A DNA stretch of 62,731 nt, filler included, from Candidatus Rokuibacteriota bacterium (GCA_031406795.1; 4 parts of 4 records of this genome joined end to end with filler, not necessarily neighbours in it), one strand, 5' to 3'; positions 16,953 to 26,462 are shown, counted from the whole stretch's first letter. Numbers and translations: made by a program. The notes: generated from the letters alone by a model not told the origin.

Positions 16953-19900
16953 TCACGCCGCCTTCCCCATGCCGAACAGCCTCTTGAACCGCCGCTGCAG
17001 CCCGTCGAAGTAGGTGTAGAAGACCGGCGTCACATAGAGCGTGATGAACTGCGAGAACGCCAGCCCGCCGACGACCGCCATGCCGAGCGGGCGGCGACTC
17101 TCGGCGCCGGCGCCCAGCCCGAGGGCGATCGGCAGCGTGCCGAAGAGCGCGCACATCGTGGTCATCATGATCGGGCGAAAGCGGATGCGGCAGGCCTCGA
17201 GGATCGCCTCCAGCGGCGCTTTCCCCTCCTTGCGCTCGGCCTCGAGCGCGAAGTCGATCATCATGATGGCGTTCTTCTTGACGACGCCGATGAGCATGAT
17301 CAGCCCGACGTAGCTGTAGACCGAGAGCTCCTGCTTGAACACCAGCAGCGTCAGCAGCGCGCCGAAGCCGGCGAACGGCAGCCCGGAGAGGATCGTCAGC
17401 GGGTGCACGAAGCTCTCGTAGAGGATGCCGAGGACGAGGTAGATCACCAGGATCGCCAGCACCAGCAGCGCCAGCATGCCGGCCTGCGACGCCTTGAAAG
17501 CCTGCGCGGTCCCGGTGAAATTCCCGGTGACGGTCGGGGGCAGCACGCCCCGGGCCGCGCCCTCGACCTGCTTGACGGCGTCCCCGAGCGCGACCCCGGG
17601 CTTCGCGTTGAAGGCCAGCGTGACGGCGGGCAGCTGCCCGGCGTGGTTGACGGTGAGCGGCCCGAGGCTCGCCCGCATCGTCGCCAGCGTCGAGAGCGGC
17701 ACCAGCTCGCCCTTCGCGGTGCGGATCGAGAGCAGGTCGAGCGCGGCGGGGTCGCGCTGGTATTCCGGCTGCAGCTGGAGGATCACCTGGTACTGGTTCG
17801 TCGGCGTGTAGATCGTCGAGACCTGCCGCGCGCCGTAAGCGTAGTAGAGGGAGTTCTGGATCTGCTCGACGCTGACGCCGAGGGCCGCCGCGCGGTCGCG
17901 GTCGATGTCGATGTTGACCTCGGGGTTCTTCAGCAGCAGATCGCTCGTCACGTCCTGCAGGCCCGGCAGCTCACGCAGCTTCGCCTCGAGCAGCGGCGCG
18001 ACCTGGTAGAGCTCGTCCAGGTCCTGCCCCTGCAGCGTGTACTGGTAGAGGCTCTTGCTCGAGGCGCCGGGAAGCCGGATCGTCGGGGGCACCTGCGGGA
18101 AGGCGCGGATGCCCGGGACCTGCGCCAGCTTCCCCCGCAGCCCCTCGACGACCTGGGATCCGCTCAGCGTGCGCTCCGAGCGGTCCTTGAGCTTGATGAA
18201 CATGCGCCCCTGGTTCGCGGTGCCGCCGCCACCGCCGCCGGCCGAGGACATGAACGACTCGATGTTGGGGTCCTTCGCGACGATCGCCATCAGCGCCTTC
18301 TGGTGCGGCACCATCGCCTCGAACGAGGTGCCTTCGGCGGTCTCCGTGATGATCGAAAGCCGGCCGGTGTCCTCGATCGGGAAGAGGCCCTTCGGGACGA
18401 GCTTGAAGAGCCAGACCGTCCCGAGCGTGATCGCGATCGCGATCGCCAGCGCCGTCCTGCGGTGGCGCACGAACCAGCCCAGGCTGCGCACGTAAATCCC
18501 GAGGAAGAATTCGTAGCCGCGCTCCGTGAACGCGAAGAACGCGCCGTGCCTGACGTCGTGCGAGGATTTGATGAACCGGCTGCACATCATCGGCGTCAAT
18601 GTCAGCGAGACCACGCCGGAGATCAGGATCGCCGAGACGATGGTGATCGAGAACTCGCGGAAGAGCCGGCCGATGACCCCGGGCATGAAGATCAGCGGCA
18701 GGAAGACCGCGGCCAGCGAGATCGTCATCGAGAGGATCGTGAAGCCGATCTCGGCGGCGCCGTCGAGCGCGGCCTGCATCGGCTTCTTGCCCATCTCGAC
18801 GTGGCGCACGATGTTCTCGAGCATCACGATCGCGTCGTCGACGACGAAGCCGAGCGAGAGCGTCAGGGCCATCAGCGAGAGGTTGTCGATGTTGTAGCCG
18901 AAGGCCTTCATGACCGCGAAGGTGCCCACGACGCTCATCGGCAGCGCGAGGCTGGGGATCACCGTGGCCGAGACGTTGCGCAGGAAGAAGAAGATCACCA
19001 GCACGACGAGCCCGAAGGTCAGCAGCAGGGTCCATTGGACGTCGTTCACCGACTCCTTGATCGATTCGGAGCGGTCGTAGAGCACCTCGACGCTCACGGA
19101 GGCCGGCAGCTGTATGCGCAGCGCGTCCAGGGTCTCGCGGACCGCCTTGGCCACGGCCACGGTGTTCGTGCCCGGCTGGCGCTGGATCGCCAGGATGACG
19201 CCCCGGCTCTCGGCGCCCCCCGTCGTGAACCAGGCGGCGGTCTTGTCGTTCTGGACGCTGTCGAGCACCTCGCCGACGTCCTCGAGCCGCACCGGCGCGC
19301 CGCCGCGGTACGCGACGATCAGCGAGCGGAACGCGCCGGCGTCCTCGAGCTGCCCGGAGGCGCGCAGCGTCAGCGCCTTCTCCGCCCCCCAGAGCGTCCC
19401 GGCCGGGATGTTCACGTTTCCCTGGCCGATCGCGTTCGAGACCTCGTCGATGCCGATCTGCTTCGCCGCCAGCCGGCGCGGATCGAGCTGGACCCGCACC
19501 GCGTACTTCTGCGACCCGAAGACCTGCACCTGGGCGACCCCCTGGACCATCGAGATTCGCTGGGCCATCAGGTTCTCCCCGTACTCGCTGAGCGTGGAGA
19601 GCTGCAGGGTCTTCGAGGTCAGCGCCAGGAACAGAATCGGGTCGTCCGCCGGATTCACCTTCTGGTACGACGGCGGCGTGATGTCCTTGGGCAGGCTGCG
19701 CATCGTCTGCGCGATGGCCGCCTGCACGTCCTGGGCCGCGGCGTCGTTGTCGCGGTCGAGGTTGAAGGTCAGCTCGATCGAGGTCGAGCCCTGACTCGAG
19801 GAGGAAGTCATCGAGTCGATGCCGGCGATGGTGGAGAACTGCTTCTCCAGCGGCGTGGCGACCGCCGAGGCCATCGTCTGCGGGTCGGCGCCGGAGAGCG

Positions 19901-20048
19901 AAGCGCGGACCTGGACGGTCGGGTAGTCGACGTTGGGCAAATCGCTCACCGGCAGGCTGCGGTAGCCCATGACCCCGAACATCACGACCGCCGCCATCAG
20001 CAGCGTGGTCGCGACGGGCCGGCGGATGAAGGTGCCGGCGACGTTCAC
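16953..20048 (-). CDS. RND efflux permease (MdtB/C-like, HAE1)
   Basis: FIRRPVAT, VATPLE, GFVVDDAIV, KKNAIMMIDF, RFRPIMMTT. Confidence 0.94.
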   Translation of the reverse strand: MNVAGTFIRRPVATTLLMAAVVMFGVMGYRSLPVSDLPNVDYPTVQVRASLSGADPQTMASAVATPLEKQFSTIAGIDSMTSSSSQGSTSIELTFNLDRDNDAAAQDVQAAIAQTMRSLPKDITPPSYQKVNPADDPILFLALTSKTLQLSTLSEYGENLMAQRISMVQGVAQVQVFGSQKYAVRVQLDPRRLAAKQIGIDEVSNAIGQGNVNIPAGTLWGAEKALTLRASGQLEDAGAFRSLIVAYRGGAPVRLEDVGEVLDSVQNDKTAAWFTTGGAESRGVILAIQRQPGTNTVAVAKAVRETLDALRIQLPASVSVEVLYDRSESIKESVNDVQWTLLLTFGLVVLVIFFFLRNVSATVIPSLALPMSVVGTFAVMKAFGYNIDNLSLMALTLSLGFVVDDAIVMLENIVRHVEMGKKPMQAALDGAAEIGFTILSMTISLAAVFLPLIFMPGVIGRLFREFSITIVSAILISGVVSLTLTPMMCSRFIKSSHDVRHGAFFAFTERGYEFFLGIYVRSLGWFVRHRRTALAIAIAITLGTVWLFKLVPKGLFPIEDTGRLSIITETAEGTSFEAMVPHQKALMAIVAKDPNIESFMSSAGGGGGGTANQGRMFIKLKDRSERTLSGSQVVEGLRGKLAQVPGIRAFPQVPPTIRLPGASSKSLYQYTLQGQDLDELYQVAPLLEAKLRELPGLQDVTSDLLLKNPEVNIDIDRDRAAALGVSVEQIQNSLYYAYGARQVSTIYTPTNQYQVILQLQPEYQRDPAALDLLSIRTAKGELVPLSTLATMRASLGPLTVNHAGQLPAVTLAFNAKPGVALGDAVKQVEGAARGVLPPTVTGNFTGTAQAFKASQAGMLALLVLAILVIYLVLGILYESFVHPLTILSGLPFAGFGALLTLLVFKQELSVYSYVGLIMLIGVVKKNAIMMIDFALEAERKEGKAPLEAILEACRIRFRPIMMTTMCALFGTLPIALGLGAGAESRRPLGMAVVGGLAFSQFITLYVTPVFYTYFDGLQRRFKRLFGMGKAA

Positions 20049-21388
20049 CGCGGCTTCTCCGGGGTCGATGCGCCGGCGCCCGCTTCAGGCTTGCCCGCCG
20101 CTGGCGCGGTCAGCCCGGGCTTGCACACCACCGGCGCGCCCGGCGTCAGGCGCAGCTGGCCGTCCGTGACCACGGTCTCGCCGGCGACAAGGCCATCCTC
20201 GATGAGCGTACGCCCCCCCACGGCCGCTCCAGGCGTGACCGGCCGGACCGAGACGCAGCTGGCGCCATCCACGACGAAAACGTAGGCGCCCTGCTGCCCG
20301 GTCTGCACGGCCTGCGAGGGGACGACCACGACCTTCTCGCGCGTCGTGAGAACCAGCGAGACATCGATGAACTGCCCTGGCCAGAGCGCGTGATCGGCGT
20401 TGTCGAATTCGGCCTTCAGCGCGATGGTGCCGGTCGTCTTGTCCACGGTGTTGTCGAGGAAGACCAGCCGCCCTTCGCGGGGCTGCGCGCCGGCCCCCGC
20501 GGGCGTCACGCGGACCTTGAGGGTTCCCGCGGCGCGGTACCGCTGCACCTCGGGCAGACGCGCCTCGGGCACGCTGAAGCGCACGAGCATCGGCTGGATC
20601 TGGTTGATGATCACCAGCGTGGCGTCGTTGGCTTTGACGAGATCCCCCTTCTCGACGAGCAGGCTTCCCGCCTGGCCGGAGACCGTGGCGGCGATGACCG
20701 TGTAGTCGAGCTGGAGCCGCGCATTCTCGACGGTGGCCTTGGTCGCCTCGGCCGCGGCGCGGGCGACGTCGAGCGCGGCCCGGCCCGCTTGCGCGGCGGC
20801 TTGCGCGGCGTCCCGCGCGGCGCGCGCGGCCTCGACGTTGGTCATCCGCTGGTCGTACTGTTCGCGGGCGACCAGCTCCTTGCCGACAAGCTCTTCGTAG
20901 CGCTTCGCCTGGCTCTCGGCGTTCTTCAGCTGCGCTTCGGCGTTGCGCACCTGGGCCTCGGTGTTCTGCGTCTGCGCCTCGGCGCTGCGCACCTGGGCTT
21001 CATCGCGCGCCAGATTCGCCTGGAGCTGCCGCAACGTCGCCTCCAGGGGCCGGCGGTCGAGACGGAAGAGCACCTGGCCCGCCCGGACCATCTCCCCCTC
21101 GCGCAAGCCGACCTCGATCACGGTTCCGGTGATCAGCGACCGCACCGGCGCGGACTGGATCGGCTCCACGCTGCCGAGCGCGCGCAGTTCGACCGGCACA
21201 TCCGCCTGCTCGGCGACCGCGGCGAGCACGGGAACCGGCGGCTTGCCCTTGGGCGCGCCGCCCGGAGCGGGGCCGGCGGCACCGGATTTCTCGGACTGCT
21301 TGCCGCAGCCAGGCAGTCCGGCGGCAGCCGCGCCAAGGGCGACCAGGAGCACTGCCATCGATCGTAGCCTCTTGGAGGATGACTTCAT
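20045..21388 (-). CDS. RND periplasmic adaptor (MdtA-like lipoprotein)
   Basis: LPGC lipobox, long helical hairpin, DNTVDKTTGT, LWPGQF. Confidence 0.92.
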   Translation of the reverse strand: MKSSSKRLRSMAVLLVALGAAAAGLPGCGKQSEKSGAAGPAPGGAPKGKPPVPVLAAVAEQADVPVELRALGSVEPIQSAPVRSLITGTVIEVGLREGEMVRAGQVLFRLDRRPLEATLRQLQANLARDEAQVRSAEAQTQNTEAQVRNAEAQLKNAESQAKRYEELVGKELVAREQYDQRMTNVEAARAARDAAQAAAQAGRAALDVARAAAEATKATVENARLQLDYTVIAATVSGQAGSLLVEKGDLVKANDATLVIINQIQPMLVRFSVPEARLPEVQRYRAAGTLKVRVTPAGAGAQPREGRLVFLDNTVDKTTGTIALKAEFDNADHALWPGQFIDVSLVLTTREKVVVVPSQAVQTGQQGAYVFVVDGASCVSVRPVTPGAAVGGRTLIEDGLVAGETVVTDGQLRLTPGAPVVCKPGLTAPAAGKPEAGAGASTPEKPR

Positions 21389-21504
21389 GCGTGTCCTTTC
21401 CGCGTTGCAGGCCCTTCGCGGGCCGTGTTCTCAACTCAGCGTATGAAAGTTATGAATTGTACTCCTTGCGTTTCGATCTTGCACAATCGACGGACCTCGG
21501 GTGG

Positions 21505-21663
21505 GTAAGCCTTCAGTGAAGTGAGGCAACTTTGTCCGTTCGTGGTGAGCCGTGAGCTTGACGAACGGTCGAACCACGAACGGGAAAGAGTCTTCATACA
21601 AACGCCCTTCGACGGGCTCAGGACGAACGGTACTGATCTGGCCACCGTTCACTGAAGGGTTAA
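21505..21663. mobile_element. 159-bp MITE with terminal inverted repeats and 9-bp target duplication
   Basis: TIRs TAAGCCTTCAGTGAA / TTCACTGAAGGGTTA (14/15); CTCGGGTGG at 21496-21504 and 21664-21672; internal REP-like palindromes. Confidence 0.8.
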
Positions 21664-21790
21664 CTCGGGTGGTGCCCGCGCCGTGCGCCGTGCGCCGGGA
21701 GGCGGGGAGGCGAGGTCCTCGTGGTCCCCCCCAAGCAGGGACCGGCGATCCGTGGGATAATCCCGGGCGTTATCAACAGGAGGCAGCTCC

Positions 21791-23452
21791 ATGAGCGCAC
21801 AGCGCACCAGGACGGTCTACGTCACCGGCCACACGACGCCGGACACGGACTCGGTCTGTTCCGCCATCGCCTACGCCTACTTCAAGAGCCAGACGGACCG
21901 GTCGCACCTGTTCACCCCGGTGCGCGCCGGCAAGCTCAACCACGAAACCGCGTTCGTGCTCGAGCGGTTCGGTGTCCCCGTCCCGGCGGAGATCGACAGC
22001 CTCGTCGCCACCGTCAGCGATCTGGTGCTCAAGCGCCCGATCACCGTCGGGGTCAACGACTCCGTGCAGGCGCTGGCACTGGTGATGCGCGAGCACGGGG
22101 TGCGCTCCGTCCCGGTGGTCGATGAGCGCGGACGGCTGGCGGGGGTGGTGGGGCTCAAGGATATCGCCGGCCACTACATGGAGAGCGTCGGCTTCTCGGA
22201 TCTGGCGAAGGCGCCGATCGATCTGGACATCCTCGTGAAGACCCTCGACGGGCTCGTGCTGGGCAACCCGCGGCAACTCTCCGTCCTCACCGGGCGGGTC
22301 CTGATCGCCGCGATGCAGCGCGCCACGCTGCTGCACCGCGTGCGCCCCGGCGATGTCGTCGTCGTCGGCGACCAGAACGACGTGCAGCTCGAGCTGATCA
22401 GGATGGGCTGCTCGGCGGTGGTCGTCGCCGACGGCGCACCCTGCGCGGCCGAGGTCGTCGCGGCGGCCGTCGCGCGGGGCGTGCTGCTGCTCTCCTCGCC
22501 GCACCCGGCCTTCGCCACCGTGCAGCTGATGACCATGGCCGAGCCGGTCTCCTCGATCATGACCGTCGCCTGTCCGACCGCCGGTCTCTACACGCCGATG
22601 GCCGAGGTGCGCTCGCGCATCGTGGAGTCCGAGTACCGATCCGTCGTCGTCGAAGACAGCGACCACCGCCTGATCGGCTTCATCACCCGGACGGATCTGC
22701 TGACGCCGGTGCGCAAACTGGCGATCCTGGTGGACCACAACGAACTCTCGCAGGCGGTCGACGGCGTCGAGGAGGCGGAGATCCTCGAGATCATCGACCA
22801 CCACCGCGTCGGCGACATCTCGACCACGGCGCCGATCTACGTCTACAACGACCCGGTCGGCAGCACCTGCACCGTCGTTTCGGGGATCATGCTGCTGCAC
22901 CAGACGCACCTCCCGCCGGAGATCGCCGGCATCCTGCTCTCGGGCATCCTCTCGGACACGCTGCTGCTGACGCTCTCGACGACCACCGAGCGCGATCGCG
23001 CGACGGCCGCCCGTCTGGCCGCGATCGCGGGCGTCGACATCCCCGCCTACGCCCGCGAGTTGCTGCACGCGAGCATCAACCTCGAGGGCAAGAGCGCCGC
23101 CGAGCTGATCGCGGCGGACTTCAAGGAATTCCTGATCGGCGGCAAGAAGCTGGGCGTCAGCCAGATGATGGCCCTCGACTGCGAAGAGATCGCCGCGCGC
23201 GAGCCCGAGCTGCTCGAGGAACTCGAGCGCCTGCGCGTGGCGGGCAAGTACGATCTGGCGGTACTGCTGGTGCTCAACCCGCTCGGCAAGAAGCAGGAGC
23301 GCATCCTGGTGCGGGGCGAAGCCTGGATGGTGGAGAAAGCCTTCGGCGTGGCCGTGTCGGCGGGCGCCTGCACCGTCCCGCGGGTGCTCTCCCGCAAGAA
23401 GGACTTCATCCCGGCGATCGGCCAGGTGCTCAGCCTGGGCCGGGGCCGCTAG
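21791..23452 (+). CDS. ppaC: Family II Mn-dependent inorganic pyrophosphatase with CBS-DRTGG-CBS insert
   Basis: GH..PDTDS, CBS pair, LVDHNE, IIDHHR, ILSDTL, DFKEF, SRKKDFIP. Confidence 0.9.
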   Translation: MSAQRTRTVYVTGHTTPDTDSVCSAIAYAYFKSQTDRSHLFTPVRAGKLNHETAFVLERFGVPVPAEIDSLVATVSDLVLKRPITVGVNDSVQALALVMREHGVRSVPVVDERGRLAGVVGLKDIAGHYMESVGFSDLAKAPIDLDILVKTLDGLVLGNPRQLSVLTGRVLIAAMQRATLLHRVRPGDVVVVGDQNDVQLELIRMGCSAVVVADGAPCAAEVVAAAVARGVLLLSSPHPAFATVQLMTMAEPVSSIMTVACPTAGLYTPMAEVRSRIVESEYRSVVVEDSDHRLIGFITRTDLLTPVRKLAILVDHNELSQAVDGVEEAEILEIIDHHRVGDISTTAPIYVYNDPVGSTCTVVSGIMLLHQTHLPPEIAGILLSGILSDTLLLTLSTTTERDRATAARLAAIAGVDIPAYARELLHASINLEGKSAAELIAADFKEFLIGGKKLGVSQMMALDCEEIAAREPELLEELERLRVAGKYDLAVLLVLNPLGKKQERILVRGEAWMVEKAFGVAVSAGACTVPRVLSRKKDFIPAIGQVLSLGRGR

Positions 23453-23999
23453 CCGGCGGCACGGCAAAGGCCAGGAGCCAGTAGCCTCGGTTCTCGAAAG
23501 CGAAGTCGCCCACCAGCGTCATTCCCAGCCCCTCGGCGTGGGACGCCAGCGAGTGAGGGTTGTCTTTGGCGATGAACAGCGTGCCGGCGTCGAAGTCTCC
23601 GGCAAGTTCGCGGCACAGCGCGTCATAGAGACCGCGCAGCACACCCTGGCCGCGGCGCACGCGCGCCACGCAGACGGGCCCGTACACGAAACAGCGCTGC
23701 GCGCTCAGTGCGAGCCCGAGAAACTGCACGTGGGGAAACCGCTCGATCATCGCCGCGAGCAGGAGGATGCGCCGGCTGAACGCCAGGGTCGACGCACACA
23801 GATAACCGGCGACGACCTCACCGTCCACGGCGGCCAGCACTGCCAGATCGCGCTCCATCTCCCCGAACTGCGCGGCGGTGAAGCGCACCGAAAGAAAGCC
23901 CTCCCGCCGCTGGCCGACGGTCAGGTTTTCGTGGAGATTGGCTTCCTGGAGCGCGAGCACTTTCGGCAGATGTCGTGCTCTGAGGCGCTGGTAAATCAT
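23430..23999 (-). CDS. GNAT-family acetyltransferase
   Basis: YGPVCVA...RGQG motif A; N..SLA.H..LG. Confidence 0.75.
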   Translation of the reverse strand: MIYQRLRARHLPKVLALQEANLHENLTVGQRREGFLSVRFTAAQFGEMERDLAVLAAVDGEVVAGYLCASTLAFSRRILLLAAMIERFPHVQFLGLALSAQRCFVYGPVCVARVRRGQGVLRGLYDALCRELAGDFDAGTLFIAKDNPHSLASHAEGLGMTLVGDFAFENRGYWLLAFAVPPASGPGPG

Positions 24000-24115
24000 G
24001 GCCGGGGGCGATTCTCCGGCGGCGACCGGGGATTGTCAAGACGCCGGTTCTTCTCCGGCGGGCGCCTTGACAAGACCTGCGCCTGAACAGAGAATCTCCG
24101 CGGAGGTACATTGCC

Positions 24116-24233
24116 GTGAGCTACCTTGAAAAGAATCTTCTCCTGGGGGAAACCGTCGACTACCGGGCGCACCTGCACCCGATCATCTTCCTGCTACCGG
24201 CCTTTTTCGGTCTGATCGGCCTCTCGTTCGTCG
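24116..24233 (+). CDS. Bacterial PH-domain membrane protein, N-terminus (truncated)
   Basis: GGAGG then GTG; reads MSYLEKNLLLGETVDYRAHLHPIIFLLP..., like bPH_2 protein N-termini. Confidence 0.6.
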
Positions 24234-24333
24234 NNNNNNNNNNNNNNNNNNNNNNNNNNNNNNNNNNNNNNNNNNNNTTAATTAATTAANNNNNNNNNNN
24301 NNNNNNNNNNNNNNNNNNNNNNNNNNNNNNNNN
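24234..24333. other. Artificial contig linker
   Basis: N run with TTAATTAATTAA. Confidence 0.98.
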
Positions 24334-24364
24334 ATACCCGCTCTGGATGCACCAGAGCACGCAT
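24334..24364 (-). CDS. Start of second integron cassette ORF (truncated)
   Basis: AAGGAG RBS, then ATG 24364 reading MRALVHPERV; downstream of attC R'. Confidence 0.45.
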
Positions 24365-24452
24365 GCTCTCCTTGGATCGCAGTGACGGAACACTGGGTTC
24401 AATCGGCCCTCCTGCACCGTTGAACTGTCTTGAGTAAGCGACCTCGTGTCGC

Positions 24453-24583
24453 AACCAACGTAGCGTTTAGCCGCAGGCGCGCTTGCCTGCCCGCCCTTAC
24501 ACATTGCTTCTTCACTCACCCTGGATTCAAAGGGCAGAAATGCAAGCGTGACTGTCGGCTACAACGCCTTGATTCCCTATTCC
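24453..24583 (-). mobile_element. attC site of the first integron cassette
   Basis: L'' GTT[G]TAGC pairs with L' GCTAAAC leaving one extrahelical base; inner arms CGCTTGC/GCAAGCG; R' GTTGGTT; R'' degenerate. Confidence 0.8.
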
Positions 24584-24921
24584 TCGACCAGATACTCTTC
24601 ATCACTGAGATCCAGCACCATGGTTAGAAACTCGACCTGAAACCATTGCTTGAATGTCTTGAGATCCCTCTTCTTTGGCCATGCGGATTCATCGGTAACC
24701 CAGCCAAACAACTCCTCCTCGAATATTTGTTTGAAGTTTTCCGCGACAACTTGATTCTTCTCCGAATCCGTTTCGTAGTCATGCACCAAATAGACGTTGG
24801 GTTCTTCACGAATTTTTTTGGTGGTAATGTCGCTGCTGCTGGCATCCACACTTCGAACCCACTCAACGAATGGTATCTTTGGCCTGACAATGATTGCAGC
24901 TCGATTCGCGATCATCCTCAT
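24577..24921 (-). CDS. Cassette-encoded hypothetical protein
   Basis: 114 aa, AT-rich, NRAAIIVRPK.PF..W...IFEEEL.GW..DE..WP..R....F..WF; bounded by attI and attC. Confidence 0.8.
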   Translation of the reverse strand: MRMIANRAAIIVRPKIPFVEWVRSVDASSSDITTKKIREEPNVYLVHDYETDSEKNQVVAENFKQIFEEELFGWVTDESAWPKKRDLKTFKQWFQVEFLTMVLDLSDEEYLVEE

Positions 24922-24938
24922 TTGTTCATCTTCCTAAA

Positions 24939-24960
24939 ATCTAACAGTCAAATAGAAGGG
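24939..24960 (-). mobile_element. attI core site
   Basis: CCCTTCTATTTGACT|GTTAGAT (GTTRRRY) 18 nt before the first cassette ORF, on the 5' side of intI. Confidence 0.65.
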
Positions 24961-25103
24961 AAGGCGGGGTGTGTAATGGCGCCACAACTGCAAATTCCAG
25001 TTGGGCGGGTTGCTGTAGTAATTAAATATGCTCGCGTGGCGTGTAGCACGGTCCTTGCTCTCCCTCTGCATCGCGGATCGGATTCGCCGGGAGGATCGCG
25101 ACG

Positions 25104-26462
25104 ATGGTAATGAGCATGGGAGAGCGGGTCAAGGGAAAATATCTCGACATTTCAACGATCTGGGAGGAGTTGTCGGCGGCGCTGCTCCGCGGTGGCATTG
25201 ACGCGGCGACCGCCGAGGTACGGGTGAATTGGGCCAGGAGTTTCTTGAACGGTTCGCCGAGTGTCCCCCTGGCGGACAGGTCAGCCGGCGACATCGACCG
25301 ATTTCTCGCTTCGCTCCTCGAGGTACGCAGGTTCGATGCACGATACCAGCAGCACGCTGCCGACGCGCTTCGGGTCCTGTATCGGGAAGTCCTGATGGTG
25401 CCCTGGGCGGTCGCGAAGGATTGGTCACCCGCAACCAGCGGCCCCGGAAGGCCGGTGGCCGCCGCTCAGGCCGCCCCGCGGCAGCACAGCGGCATGCTGC
25501 CGGATGCGCAGCGGGAGGCGATCGGGCGCCTGCGGACCGAAATCCGCACGCGCCACTACTCGCCGCGCACGGAGCAGGCCTACCAGCAATGGGCGGTGCG
25601 GTATCTGGCTTTCGAGCGGGGCCGCGCGGGCGATGCGCCGCGGGTGGTGCTGGTGCGGGAGTTCCTTGAGGAGCTGGCGACGGTCGGCAAGGTCGCCGCC
25701 AGCACGCAGAATCAGGCCCTGAACGCGCTGGCGTTCTTCTTCGAAAAGGCCGTCGGCGCACCCCTCGGCGCTATCGGAGATTTCGTCAGGGCCAAGCGCC
25801 CAACGCGGATTCCCGTGGTGCTTTCTCGCGATGAGGTGGCCCGTCTGCTGGCCGCCATCCCCGGCGTGTACCGGCTGATGGCGCAGCTCCTCTACGGCAG
25901 CGGATTGCGCCTGATGGAGTGCGTCACCCTGCGCGTGAGGGATCTGGACTTCGAGCGGCAGCAGCTGGTCATCCGTGAAGGCAAGGGGATGAAGGACCGA
26001 GTCACCGTGCTCTCGCGGAACCTCCAGAGACCGCTCCAGGAGCACCTCGGGCGGGTTCGGACCCTCCATGATCTCGATCTGAGCCGAGGGTACGGGGCAA
26101 CGGTGCTGTCGCCGGGGCTCGCGCGCCGGCAGCCGAACGCGCGTTGCGAATGGCTGTGGCAGTTCGTCTTTCCCGCCAGCCGCCTGATGGTAGACGGTGG
26201 CGACGGCGGTGTCGTGCGGCCGCACGTGCACGAGACGCTGCTCCAGCGAGCGGTGCGAGACGCCGGACGGCGGTCCGTGCTGACGAAGCCGGTCGGTTGC
26301 CACACGCTGCGGCACTGTTTTGCGACGCACCTGCTCGAAGACGGGTACGACATCCGCACTGTGCAGGAGTTGCTCGGACACGCCGATGTCTCGACGACGA
26401 TGATCTACACCCACGTCCTGCAGAAACCCGGGCAGCCGGTGCGCAGCCCGGCGGATCGCTGA
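25104..26462 (+). CDS. intI: Integron integrase with N-terminal extension
   Basis: RHYSPRTEQAY..W, STQNQALNAL, YGSGLRLME, GKGMKDR, integron-specific insert (GYG...LARR.P.A..EW.WQFVFP), HTLRH, LGH, TTMIYTH. Confidence 0.93.
   Translation: MVMSMGERVKGKYLDISTIWEELSAALLRGGIDAATAEVRVNWARSFLNGSPSVPLADRSAGDIDRFLASLLEVRRFDARYQQHAADALRVLYREVLMVPWAVAKDWSPATSGPGRPVAAAQAAPRQHSGMLPDAQREAIGRLRTEIRTRHYSPRTEQAYQQWAVRYLAFERGRAGDAPRVVLVREFLEELATVGKVAASTQNQALNALAFFFEKAVGAPLGAIGDFVRAKRPTRIPVVLSRDEVARLLAAIPGVYRLMAQLLYGSGLRLMECVTLRVRDLDFERQQLVIREGKGMKDRVTVLSRNLQRPLQEHLGRVRTLHDLDLSRGYGATVLSPGLARRQPNARCEWLWQFVFPASRLMVDGGDGGVVRPHVHETLLQRAVRDAGRRSVLTKPVGCHTLRHCFATHLLEDGYDIRTVQELLGHADVSTTMIYTHVLQKPGQPVRSPADR

Noticed and set aside
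16938-17154. N-terminal extension of the reductase ORF in the track
   Set aside because: Overlaps the RND gene out of frame; the flavodoxin-like sequence begins at MAVSVV.
21680-21790. Possible riboswitch upstream of ppaC
   Set aside because: Only generic GC hairpins; no recognisable aptamer consensus.
24960-25103. LexA box upstream of intI
   Set aside because: CTGTAGTAATTAAATA lacks the closing CAG; no convincing SOS box seen.
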